From a virus (taxonomy: Duplodnaviria; Caudoviricetes): a DNA stretch of 41,968 bases. Below the pieces are notes generated by a model. That model saw nothing but the letters and a program-made list of their open reading frames with translations, was not told the DNA's origin and made no database searches. The position numbers and the translations under genes are program-made. This document shows positions 9,187-18,071 of this stretch, piece by piece (position 1 is the first letter of the stretch; every line of letters starts with the position of its first letter). The stretch lies in IMG/VR virus record IMGVR_UViG_3300027822_000024, positions 1 to 41,968 of that record; one strand, written 5' to 3'.

Positions 9187-9216
9187 ATATTATCATAATT
9201 GATAGCACCCTGTCAA
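9187..9216 (-). promoter_or_regulatory. sigma70-type promoter with extended -10
   Basis: TTGACA-N18-TAATAT with TGn immediately before the -10. Confidence 0.75.
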
Positions 9217-9251
9217 GCTTAAAGATAATCACTACACTAACGTTAGTGTTT

Positions 9252-9383
9252 TTATCTTATTGAGTCAAGCTGTGCTTGCTGTGTTTTTGCGATCTTTGTG
9301 ATTTGCTTTACGCCTGCAATACCTATTATCAAACCTGAGTAAATAATGCCTGCCATTGTTATTAAGATTATTATTTTTTTCAT
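9252..9383 (-). CDS. 43-aa single-TM peptide A (not in ORF track)
   Basis: MKKIIILITMAGIIYSGLIIGIAGVKQITKIAKTQQAQLDSIR*; GGGGGAG RBS and its own promoter. Confidence 0.8.
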   Translation of the reverse strand: MKKIIILITMAGIIYSGLIIGIAGVKQITKIAKTQQAQLDSIR

Positions 9384-9440
9384 TGTTTGCTCCCCCTTAA
9401 TTATTTATTTATTTAGTTTATCCCTTAAGCTTTGACTACT

Positions 9441-9470
9441 ATCATATCACAATTGATAGCATCTTGTCAA
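9441..9470 (-). promoter_or_regulatory. sigma70-type promoter with extended -10 (duplicate)
   Basis: TTGACA-N18-TATGAT with TGn. Confidence 0.75.
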
Positions 9471-9529
9471 GCTTAAAGATAATCATTGGAATAATCGTTG
9501 GAATAATTGCTACACTAACATTAGTGTCT

Positions 9530-9661
9530 CTATCTTATTTCAGCGAGCTGCGCTTGCTGAGTTTTTGCTATCTTTATTTGTTGCTCTATCCCCTTCTTTC
9601 CTACAGATATTCCAGCATAAAGAAGACTTCCCACTATGATTATTACTGTTATTGTTTTCAT
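9530..9661 (-). CDS. 43-aa hydrophobic peptide B, paralog of A (not in ORF track)
   Basis: MKTITVIIIVGSLLYAGISVGKKGIEQQIKIAKTQQAQLAEIR*; GAGGA RBS. Confidence 0.8.
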   Translation of the reverse strand: MKTITVIIIVGSLLYAGISVGKKGIEQQIKIAKTQQAQLAEIR

Positions 9662-9716
9662 TCTTTTATCCTCTTTTTATTGTTTATATAAGTGATAATC
9701 TCTATTATTATATTAA

Positions 9717-9732
9717 TGCATAGCTCATGCCA
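9717..9732 (-). promoter_or_regulatory. Candidate sigma54 (-24/-12) promoter
   Basis: TGGCATGAGCTATGCA has the GG-N10-GC spacing; IHF-like AAACAAGAGCTTA at 9760-9772; palindromes at 9817-9937. Confidence 0.6.
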
Positions 9733-9943
9733 TCATGTAAAAAAGATAATGACATACCATAAGCTCTTGTTTTTAAAGGGAAAACTCTGTATATTTGTAT
9801 ATAATCATTTAAAAAAGTGACAAAATTTGTTACATTGTTTGCTGAATTTGTTACATTATTTGTTGGTTTTTAGGTATTTTATTCAGTGATAACAGGTACA
9901 TGACAAAAAATTGTCAGTGTCTGACAAAATTTGTCAGTGCTAT

Positions 9944-10226
<283 letters not shown>

Positions 10227-10368
10227 GTATACCATTTTTTTACCGTGGTTTTTTTGCCTGTATGGGCAACTAGGTCCCCAACAGGAATTTTCCTTCCCCA
10301 CAACTTTTTCCTCTAACCAGAAAGCGAATTTTTCCACAACTTTTCCCCTAACTCTACAATCTTCCCTC

Positions 10369-10397
10369 TTGACAAAAATTCTCCTTTCTTTTACCCT
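10369..10397 (+). promoter_or_regulatory. sigma70-type promoter for the terminase/structural operon
   Basis: TTGACA-N17-TACCCT; predicted +1 falls on the ATG at 10404. Confidence 0.55.
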
Positions 10398-10403
10398 CCG
10401 GAT

Positions 10404-10778
10404 ATGAATTTACCTATAGATAGTATAGATTTAGATGCCTATAGCGAAGCAGAGAAAATAGCCTTGTTTAATCGATTGCAATCGTTATTGCCAGTTGCAA
10501 TCGGGGAGTTAAATTTAGAAACCGAAATTATCCTGCAACTGCACCTGGCGAAGGCTATGCAATCAGAGGCCAAGACAAGTTCTGCGCCTCTGAATCAGAA
10601 AGCGCAAGTGGCTAACACAATAACAGCGATCTTAAGGCAATTGGTCGATATGCAAGCGATATTGAATACAACTGAAACGATAAAGAAGATCGAGCGTATT
10701 TTATTGGAAACTTTGGAAAAGTTCCCTAAACTTCAAGAGTCTTTTTTAAAATTATATAATGATAACCTCACATCTTGA
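10404..10778 (+). CDS. Putative terminase small subunit
   Basis: 124-aa helical protein overlapping the start of the large terminase; positional inference. Confidence 0.6.
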   Translation: MNLPIDSIDLDAYSEAEKIALFNRLQSLLPVAIGELNLETEIILQLHLAKAMQSEAKTSSAPLNQKAQVANTITAILRQLVDMQAILNTTETIKKIERILLETLEKFPKLQESFLKLYNDNLTS

Positions 10779-12648
10779 ACGACTTCATGCAGGGTTAGCA
10801 AAAACAAAACTAACTTTTGCAAGTTGGATAAAGTCTAATATAATTCTGAATGGTAAACCGTTTGGTTTTCTCGATCACGAGTACCAGGAAACTATCCTGA
10901 ATGATACGAACAATAAAAAGGTTGTTAAGAAGTGTTCTCAGGTAGGTCTTTCTGCTCTGAACTTATGCAGGGCTTTGGCTTTTGTTTCTTTGCAAGCAGG
11001 GGTGAAGCTATCGTATGTCTTGCCGAGTGCAAAGTTCGCTCAGAAATTTGTAAAGATGAGGCTGGATCCATTAATTAACGCTTCTCCAAACGTAGCAGCC
11101 AGGTTAGAAAAAGGAAACGACAGTTCTGAGTTGAAGCAGATAGGAGATTCGTTTCTTATGAGTCAAGGAGCTTCGGCATCTTCGACAACGAATGTTCTTG
11201 CGATTGATTTAGATGCTTTGGTAGTAGATGAGTTAGATGGTGCGGAAAGTCATGATGTAATTAATCAGTTAATTTCCCGTCTGATTCACTCTAAACTAAA
11301 GGACGAGTTCTATTTATCAACTCCTACGGTTCCCGGGTACGGGATTTCTTTAAAGTTTGACAATTCAAGGCAACATGTATTATTGCAGAAATGTACGAGG
11401 TGTAATCAGTGGTTTAAACCGGATTATTATAAGCATGTACATCTTCCTGGTTTCTCCAACAGAGGTCACGATTTATCAGAAATATCCTATCTAAATAGTA
11501 ATATATTGAACGATTTCGACTTAAAAACAGCAACCGTCCTCTGTCCGAACCCAAAATGCAGACGACCTCTTCCTCTTAGCCACATCTCAGACCCCTCCAC
11601 GCGGGAGTTCGTGTGCGAAAACGTAGACTCTAAAGCTGAATTTCACGGTTATCATATATCTCCTTTTGCTATTCCTGCTATAATTACACCAGGTTCCCTT
11701 ATAGCGAGGTCGAGTAGGTACTCTCGTTTGCAGGATTTCTATAACGATGCGCTTGGTCTGGAGCTTGCCAGTAAGGAAACCGGCCTGAGCTTGGAGGAAA
11801 TCGAAACATTCTTTAGGTCTACGCCCCTCGTCCCCTATTCCACCTCTAACACTTCCTTTTCCTCCACCGACACCGCAGTCCAATTCAGATCAAGGGATTT
11901 TCAATCAATAGTTCCTTTTACTTTGATGGGTCTGGATATGGGAGGGCAATGCGCTTGTACGATTGCAGCACCTATATCCAGCGCGAGAGAGAATAAGAGT
12001 GCGAGAGAGAGAGATCTATCGAGAACTTTTACAAGCGAGAGTTCGCATGCTCGTACTCAATTAAGAATCATACACGCGGAGATGATACCTTTACATCTTG
12101 TGAGGAAGCGAGTTGATGAGTTATATTCTGAGTTTAACGTCGCTACAGGTGTTGTGGATTCTTTGCCTTATACGGATTCGGTATTAATGCTTCAAGAGAA
12201 ACATCCGACGCTGTACGCAAGCATCTTTTCAAAGAAGAGGGGGCTTTCGTTATACGATGTCACTGAGCAGAATGTTGATGATCCGGTTACGGCGATGTCT
12301 CTTGTTCGGAGTATTTCGGTTGCAAGAGATCGTGGTTTTGACTTGCTTGTATCGGCTTTACGAAACAAGGTCATCACGTTTGACCCTTTGCCAGCACAGC
12401 GCTCCACCTATACTGAACATATGATGGATTTGAAGCGTATTTTTGTTGCCATGACCAGTAATCAGTTCCTTTCTGCCGAAGCCGGTGGAGAGGGGAAGTT
12501 TGTTTGGAGAAAAACAAGAGGTGTTGACCATTATTTTTTTAGTTTGTTATATGTTTTTCTTGCATTCTGCATGAATTCAGGTATAGAACCTGTAGTAGCG
12601 ATGCAAAATGTTCCATTAATTTCGACGTTTAAGTTAAAAAATTTCTAG
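10759..12648 (+). CDS. Terminase large subunit, lambda gpA-like
   Basis: Deviant Walker A KKCSQVGLS, Walker B LVVDE, STPT motif, CxxC...CPxxxC Zn site, nuclease GLDMG and DHY. Confidence 0.9.
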   Translation: MITSHLERLHAGLAKTKLTFASWIKSNIILNGKPFGFLDHEYQETILNDTNNKKVVKKCSQVGLSALNLCRALAFVSLQAGVKLSYVLPSAKFAQKFVKMRLDPLINASPNVAARLEKGNDSSELKQIGDSFLMSQGASASSTTNVLAIDLDALVVDELDGAESHDVINQLISRLIHSKLKDEFYLSTPTVPGYGISLKFDNSRQHVLLQKCTRCNQWFKPDYYKHVHLPGFSNRGHDLSEISYLNSNILNDFDLKTATVLCPNPKCRRPLPLSHISDPSTREFVCENVDSKAEFHGYHISPFAIPAIITPGSLIARSSRYSRLQDFYNDALGLELASKETGLSLEEIETFFRSTPLVPYSTSNTSFSSTDTAVQFRSRDFQSIVPFTLMGLDMGGQCACTIAAPISSARENKSARERDLSRTFTSESSHARTQLRIIHAEMIPLHLVRKRVDELYSEFNVATGVVDSLPYTDSVLMLQEKHPTLYASIFSKKRGLSLYDVTEQNVDDPVTAMSLVRSISVARDRGFDLLVSALRNKVITFDPLPAQRSTYTEHMMDLKRIFVAMTSNQFLSAEAGGEGKFVWRKTRGVDHYFFSLLYVFLAFCMNSGIEPVVAMQNVPLISTFKLKNF

Positions 12649-12677
12649 GTTTAAACCCTGCAGGAGACCTTTATTAA

Positions 12678-14225
12678 ATGGGCTATATGCTTGATTTTTT
12701 CAAATCGGTAAAGAAGACCGCAACTTTCGGTGCTGCAGATATATCTGCGGCTAATAAATCCGGTATCGAGATTCCTGTGTTGCCTAAATCCAGTAGCTTA
12801 CCTCGCGCTCCGAAGAGTTTACCTTCGTATATTACTTCAGCAAGGCAATCGAAGGATTCTTTCTTGCCGGTAGAAGACCTGAACCTTGCGAATTTAGACA
12901 TTACGGATTTACGGTATGCTGCGACGACTCCCGGGGTTTTACGTAAATTAGCGAAAGCGAGCCCGGACTTGTCTGCGGCGATATTTTCGGCTTTACGTTT
13001 GGCTTTATCTTCCACATACTTGGCAATTGCTAGGAACTTGGACGGTACGATTAATGAGGAGGGCACTGCGCTGGTTCAGCAGATGTGCCGGAAGTTCGAC
13101 TTATTAAGTTCTGATCCCGCAACGGCCGGCGCCGGTAATAAAGCCAGCGCAGGATATAACGCTTACCCGAGCATCAGGTCGGCAGGAGAGTCGCTGGGCA
13201 AGGAGTTGTTGATGTTAGGTGGTTGCGCTATTGAGCTTTTATTGAATAAAGCTCGGCTTCCTGAAGCTATGCAGCCGATATCGATTGAAAAGATAAAGTT
13301 TAAATATGATAAGAATAGGAAGATTCCCTATCAGGTTCTGGGTTCTGAGGAGATTCCGCTCGATATCGCCACGTTTTTTTATGTTTCGTTGGACCAGGAT
13401 CTGCTTTCTGCGGCGGCGGATTCACCGGTGCAGGCTTCGATTCAGCCGATAGTAGCACAACAAACTTTTATGAATGATCTTCGCAGAGTTGCAAATCGGG
13501 CTGTGCATCCGCGCGTGAAAGTGACAATCATTGAGGATATGTGGCGGAAGACATTATCGGCGGAGGTTCTTTCGGATCCTGATAAATTGGCTGAAGCGGC
13601 AACAACGCTAATCGAGACGGTTAGAAGTAATATAGATAATTTAAGTCCTGAAGATGCTTTAGTATTCTTTAATTGCTTGACTGTAGAGTATCTTACGGCA
13701 GGTACAACGACAGTAAGTGATGAATGGAAGGCGTTGTCCGGAATTATCAATGGAAAGATTAGTTCCGGTGCGAAATCGGCTCCTGTTATTTTGGGTTTGG
13801 AAAGCGTGGGTAGTTCTAATATAGCTTCAACACAGACAATGCTTTTTGTTAAAACGGTGGAATCCGGGGTTATACTGAAATTAAACGAGATTTTTTCTCG
13901 CTTGCTTACCATGGCAGTTAGGTTGTATGGTGTTGATACGGTTGTTGAATTTAAGTTTAATTCAGTAGATTTAAGACCGGAAAGCGAGCTGGAAGCTTTT
14001 AAAGCGATGCGTCAGTCGCGGCTTTTAGAGTTGCTGTCACTTGGGTTGATGAGTGATGCAGAAGCATCGCTGGAGTTAACAGGTACGTTGCCTTTACCAG
14101 ACATGCCCAAGTTATCAGGGACGATGTTTAAAACAAAAGAATCAGAAACCGAAGCACCGGAGAGCAACACAGCAGCATTGAATCGGGATTTAAACGGAGA
14201 TGCGCCAAAAGGCTCTAAATCTTAA
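12678..14225 (+). CDS. Putative portal protein
   Basis: 515 aa, between terminase and protease; AGGAG RBS. Confidence 0.75.
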   Translation: MGYMLDFFKSVKKTATFGAADISAANKSGIEIPVLPKSSSLPRAPKSLPSYITSARQSKDSFLPVEDLNLANLDITDLRYAATTPGVLRKLAKASPDLSAAIFSALRLALSSTYLAIARNLDGTINEEGTALVQQMCRKFDLLSSDPATAGAGNKASAGYNAYPSIRSAGESLGKELLMLGGCAIELLLNKARLPEAMQPISIEKIKFKYDKNRKIPYQVLGSEEIPLDIATFFYVSLDQDLLSAAADSPVQASIQPIVAQQTFMNDLRRVANRAVHPRVKVTIIEDMWRKTLSAEVLSDPDKLAEAATTLIETVRSNIDNLSPEDALVFFNCLTVEYLTAGTTTVSDEWKALSGIINGKISSGAKSAPVILGLESVGSSNIASTQTMLFVKTVESGVILKLNEIFSRLLTMAVRLYGVDTVVEFKFNSVDLRPESELEAFKAMRQSRLLELLSLGLMSDAEASLELTGTLPLPDMPKLSGTMFKTKESETEAPESNTAALNRDLNGDAPKGSKS

Positions 14226-14278
14226 ATTAAACGTAAACGTAAACGTAAACGCAAAACATAAAAAGGATCCTTATTAAT

Positions 14279-15895
14279 ATGACTACGCTTTGGGCAGGCA
14301 CAGAAGATTCGTTTAGATTGTACTTATCACAGTTTGATTGGTTAACCACGCCACAAGCACAGGAAGCGCGCAAGACACATGAAGCGGCTACCGAAGCCGC
14401 TTCTGCAGCTGCAGCTTCTGCAGCTTCTGCAGCTTCTGCCGCTTCCTCTGCTTCCTCTTCTATCTTCGGTGAAGATGAGAGTGAAGAAGAGATAGAAATA
14501 CAGTCGCCGATTTTAACTGTTGTTGGCGGTGTGGGAATTGTTAATATTTCAGGGCTTCTGGTTTGCAATGATGATTGGTTTAATTATTATATGGGTTATC
14601 TTAGCCAGGCGGAGGTCCAGAGAGCGCTTTTAGAAGCTGCCAGTAATCCTGGAGTTATCAATGTTTTACTGGATGTTTCGAGCCCGGGTGGTCAGGTGCC
14701 GATGACGCTTGAAACTTCTCGTTTAATAAAGGAAGTAGACAAGATAAAGCCTGTTTATGGGTTTGCGGAAATGGCTGCATCCGGTGCTTATTGGTTGATC
14801 TCAGCAGCGAGAAAGCGGTATATTTCTGCAACTGGTGTTGCTGGGAGTATTGGGGTAGTTACGCAGCACGCTGAATATTCTAAGCGTGATGAAAAAGAAG
14901 GTATTACACGGAAAATACTTAGGACCGGAGAGTTTAAACAGTTATTTAACAGTGTGGAGCCTTTAACAGAAAGAGCAGAGGAAGAAACGTTAAAATTAAT
15001 GCTTGAAATAGAAGCTGTTTTTGTGAGAGAGGTTTCCAATAATCTTAATCTGTCTATTAAACAGTTGGAACCTGCGTTGGAAGGGCGGGAGTTTGCAGGG
15101 CAGCAAGCAGTAAAAGCCGGTTTATTCGATAAGGTAGATACGTTTCAAAATGTTTTATCAATGCTTACACAGAAGGAAGAAGAAGAAGGAGGACAGACGA
15201 TGAAAAAGACTAAGACATACACGATGGCTTCTGCGTTTGCTGCTGCGGATGCAGATAAAGCCGATGCTGAGAAAATTGCTGCTGAGCTTAAAGCTGCAAC
15301 AGATCGTACTGCTGCAGGGGAAGGAACTGAGGAAGATGCCGCGCTATTAGCCGCTGCAGCTGAGGAAGATGCCGCGCTCTTGAAAGCGGCAACAGACCGC
15401 ACAGCTGCAGGGGAAGGGACTGAGGAAGATGCCGCACTTTTGAAAGCGGCAGCAGACCGCACTACCGCAGAACTTAAAGCGGCAACAGACCGCACAGCTG
15501 CAGTGGAAGGGACTGAGGAAGATGCTGTACTATTAGCTGCCGCAGCTGAGGAAGATAAGGATAAAAACGCTGTTGATCCTAATATCGCCCTTCTTGCTGA
15601 GAAAGATAAAGAGATAGCCATAGCATCAGAGCTTGTCGGGAAATTATCAGCTATCGTGGAAAAGGCTGTGGGTAACATGTGTATTGCTTTGAATACTGAA
15701 AATCCTTTGAAAGAGGGTGCTGAACCAGATGCAGTTCTTGCTGCATATAGTGAAAAAGCTGAGTTGTTTGCAGCTTTGTGTCCAACAGGAGGTGTTGCTT
15801 CAGTTGAGGAAGATACTAAAGCACCGAAAACTGTTGCGCCATCCAGGTTCGAAGCGGCACGAAGTAAACAGGTGGTTGTTCCTTTAAACGGGTAA
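14279..15895 (+). CDS. S49-family prohead protease with C-terminal scaffold region
   Basis: DVSSPGG, MAASGAYW, GSIGVV, TGEFK motifs; acidic Ala-rich repeat tail. Confidence 0.9.
   Translation: MTTLWAGTEDSFRLYLSQFDWLTTPQAQEARKTHEAATEAASAAAASAASAASAASSASSSIFGEDESEEEIEIQSPILTVVGGVGIVNISGLLVCNDDWFNYYMGYLSQAEVQRALLEAASNPGVINVLLDVSSPGGQVPMTLETSRLIKEVDKIKPVYGFAEMAASGAYWLISAARKRYISATGVAGSIGVVTQHAEYSKRDEKEGITRKILRTGEFKQLFNSVEPLTERAEEETLKLMLEIEAVFVREVSNNLNLSIKQLEPALEGREFAGQQAVKAGLFDKVDTFQNVLSMLTQKEEEEGGQTMKKTKTYTMASAFAAADADKADAEKIAAELKAATDRTAAGEGTEEDAALLAAAAEEDAALLKAATDRTAAGEGTEEDAALLKAAADRTTAELKAATDRTAAVEGTEEDAVLLAAAAEEDKDKNAVDPNIALLAEKDKEIAIASELVGKLSAIVEKAVGNMCIALNTENPLKEGAEPDAVLAAYSEKAELFAALCPTGGVASVEEDTKAPKTVAPSRFEAARSKQVVVPLNG
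15200..15895 (+). CDS. Nested in-frame scaffolding protein (Nu3-like)
   Basis: AAGGAGG followed 7 nt later by an in-frame ATG at 15200 (MKKTKTY). Confidence 0.65.
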   Translation: MKKTKTYTMASAFAAADADKADAEKIAAELKAATDRTAAGEGTEEDAALLAAAAEEDAALLKAATDRTAAGEGTEEDAALLKAAADRTTAELKAATDRTAAVEGTEEDAVLLAAAAEEDKDKNAVDPNIALLAEKDKEIAIASELVGKLSAIVEKAVGNMCIALNTENPLKEGAEPDAVLAAYSEKAELFAALCPTGGVASVEEDTKAPKTVAPSRFEAARSKQVVVPLNG

Positions 15896-15899
15896 AAGA

Positions 15900-16075
15900 A
15901 GGTTGACACACAGTAGATAGTATACCAGTACGAGATGTTTTGTTAACTTACAGCGAAAACCAAACTAAAGTTGATTATGTTCAAAAAGCGCCTGTAATAT
16001 ACTTTTGCGGGCTTTGATAGATTCATCCACAACATTTTGTTGTGCAATTAACGAAAGTTAAGAAAAAAGGATCGG
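15900..16075 (+). mobile_element. Miniature non-autonomous derivative of the TnpB element / putative omegaRNA cassette
   Basis: 15996-16061 matches 23764-23829 at 57/66 nt (manual count); 15947-15975 matches 23195-23223 at 22/29 including exact AGCGAAAACCAA. Boundaries approximate. Confidence 0.75.
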
Positions 16076-16086
16076 GGGAAAGTGTT

Positions 16087-16563
16087 ATGGCTAAGTTTAA
16101 AATGGGAGTTGATGTTAATACTGCTTCGAATATTGTCGTTGCTCGTTTAACACAGGATGGGACAGCAGAAAATCATCTTGTTGACAACGATAAAGGGAAG
16201 TTGGTAGGTCTTGCAGCTGACTCTGAGTATGCGCTGTCTGCAGCGGGAGATCAGATTGAGGGTTGTCTTGTTGCTGTTGAGCCTGCGACACAGGATGGTT
16301 ATACTATTGGATCTGTAAAAACGAATGACCGGATGGCTTGTATCTGTGATGGTATACAGGCAACTCCGGGGACCGGTACAATTGTGCTTGGTGATTATGT
16401 TGTTGTTGGTACTCCGGTTGCAGCGGGTACAGCTTTGACAGCTGCGGGTCCAAAGGTTTGCAAAGCAACTTCTCAGGATATTACTTTCTTTTCCTGGAGA
16501 GTTATTTCTCTTGGAGTTGCCGGCGCGGTAGGTGATACATGCGTGATTGAGCGCGTCTGTTAA
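16087..16563 (+). CDS. Putative head decoration protein
   Basis: Gly/Ala/Thr-rich beta protein directly before the capsid gene; ATG at 16087 after GGGGGA. Confidence 0.7.
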   Translation: MAKFKMGVDVNTASNIVVARLTQDGTAENHLVDNDKGKLVGLAADSEYALSAAGDQIEGCLVAVEPATQDGYTIGSVKTNDRMACICDGIQATPGTGTIVLGDYVVVGTPVAAGTALTAAGPKVCKATSQDITFFSWRVISLGVAGAVGDTCVIERVC

Positions 16564-16627
16564 AGTAGGTTTACTGTTTTAATAATTGAATAATTGAATA
16601 ATCTAAATTTAAGAAGGGGAGAATGTT

Positions 16628-17791
16628 ATGCCGACTTTTACAAATGCTGAGGGCCAGCGTACTGAAGCTGTGTTATCGCCGAGTATTTACAAAGCCGCGG
16701 TTGATATGGGAGTATCTGTACCGCAGTTTATTAATAGAACCTACCCAACTGGAGCTGATGCCGAGGCATCTACTTTTGAGCAGATGTGCGCAAGCTCTGG
16801 TCTGTTTGTAGGTGGGAATAAGGAATTTGGTTTACGCTCACCAACCCTGGATGATATTCTTTCTGGGAGAGCGGAAATAAACGCAGCGGCAACTGCTGAC
16901 GCAAATCCTGCATCACGTATCCTGTATCCGGCTGTAATCCTTGAGCTCATTGAGAGCGAAATCGCTGTGGATAGAGAAACTGATCCGATGGCGTTCGATA
17001 AGATGGTTGCTTCAGATATTAATGTGACAAGTAATCGTGTTGAACAGCCGGTGGTTAATGTTACCGGTGCCGAGGTCAGAGCCAAGGTTATTTCACAGCT
17101 CGCTCCGCCTCAGACAATGCTGTCTATTACAACTTCTGATACGGCCAGATCCTTGCCTACGATGTCTATAGGTATGGAAGTTTCTGATCAGGCACTTAGT
17201 TCAACTACGTTGGATTTCGTATCTATGGTTGTTGAACGTCAGTTGGCTGTAGAGCGGAATGCTCGTACTTATGATTATCTTCTGGGCTGTTTGAACGGGG
17301 ATGACGACATGGGTCAAAGTGGTCTTGCTGTAACGAAGGCTGATACATATGATGCGGCGATTACATCGGCAGGGGATGTAACAAAGAAAGCACTTGTTAA
17401 GTGGATGGTACATAATTACTATAAGAGACATCTTACTCATATTGTAACGGATATTGACGGTATGCTGTCGATGGAAGCAGCTTTGGCGACCACAAATACA
17501 AATCAGCATGTTCCCGGTTCGCTGACACCTCAGTTCTCTCTGATGAATAGGCTCCTGGAAAGTGTGCAGTTGTTTATTGTTGATGATTCTGCTGGTTGGA
17601 CTGCAAATACGCTTATGGGTTTGGATGCTCGTAGTGCTATCATAAGAATTCGGAACAGTGCTGCAGCTTATTCTGCTGTTGAGCAGTTTGTTCTGAGACG
17701 GTCAAGTGCTCTTAGGTTTGATTTTTCTGAGATCGCTTATCGGTTTAGGGATGAAGCTTTTGATGTACTTTCTCTTACATTAACAACTTAG
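16628..17791 (+). CDS. Major capsid protein
   Basis: 387 aa, position after protease/decoration, strong RBS. Confidence 0.8.
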   Translation: MPTFTNAEGQRTEAVLSPSIYKAAVDMGVSVPQFINRTYPTGADAEASTFEQMCASSGLFVGGNKEFGLRSPTLDDILSGRAEINAAATADANPASRILYPAVILELIESEIAVDRETDPMAFDKMVASDINVTSNRVEQPVVNVTGAEVRAKVISQLAPPQTMLSITTSDTARSLPTMSIGMEVSDQALSSTTLDFVSMVVERQLAVERNARTYDYLLGCLNGDDDMGQSGLAVTKADTYDAAITSAGDVTKKALVKWMVHNYYKRHLTHIVTDIDGMLSMEAALATTNTNQHVPGSLTPQFSLMNRLLESVQLFIVDDSAGWTANTLMGLDARSAIIRIRNSAAAYSAVEQFVLRRSSALRFDFSEIAYRFRDEAFDVLSLTLTT

Positions 17792-17837
17792 TAATCATAA
17801 GTTATAAGTTATAAGTTAGATTACGAGGAGGAATTTC

Positions 17838-18071
17838 ATGGCGAAAAAGAATAAAATCGTTGCAACTTCGGTTCCCGAAGTTGCAATAGTTAAAGAAGAG
17901 CCGGTTGAAGAGGTGCTTCTCGATGGAATTATTAAGGTTCGGGCAGTTATTCGGTCTATGTACGCTCCATTTGATAGTATTATGATTCCTGACGATGGGT
18001 GTGGTGTTCTAATTAAACGAGGATCATGGGTAGATGTTCAGCTTGAGCGAGGATTAATCCAGGAATGCTAG
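17838..18071 (+). CDS. Small hypothetical protein following capsid gene
   Basis: 77 aa, GAGGAGG RBS. Confidence 0.7.
   Translation: MAKKNKIVATSVPEVAIVKEEPVEEVLLDGIIKVRAVIRSMYAPFDSIMIPDDGCGVLIKRGSWVDVQLERGLIQEC

Larger units (their letters stand above)
9123..9572. repeat. Tandem duplication (units ~9123-9294 and ~9381-9572)
   Basis: Each unit has ATG+RBS, promoter, operator palindrome (9235-9248; 9513-9526) and the 3' end of a small ORF. Confidence 0.9.

Noticed and set aside
9123-9572. CRISPR-like repeat-spacer array
   Set aside because: Only two long units containing promoters and ORFs; no regular short repeats with unique spacers and no cas genes.
10759-12648. Intein in terminase
   Set aside because: Length is normal for gpA-type enzymes and no intein splice-junction or LAGLIDADG motifs were seen.
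15903-15931. sigma70 promoter for the mini cassette
   Set aside because: TTGACA is present but there is no acceptable -10 at 16-18 bp spacing.
16042-16086. Track start (GTG) of the decoration gene
   Set aside because: Lies inside the TnpB-derived hairpin; ATG 16087 has the RBS.
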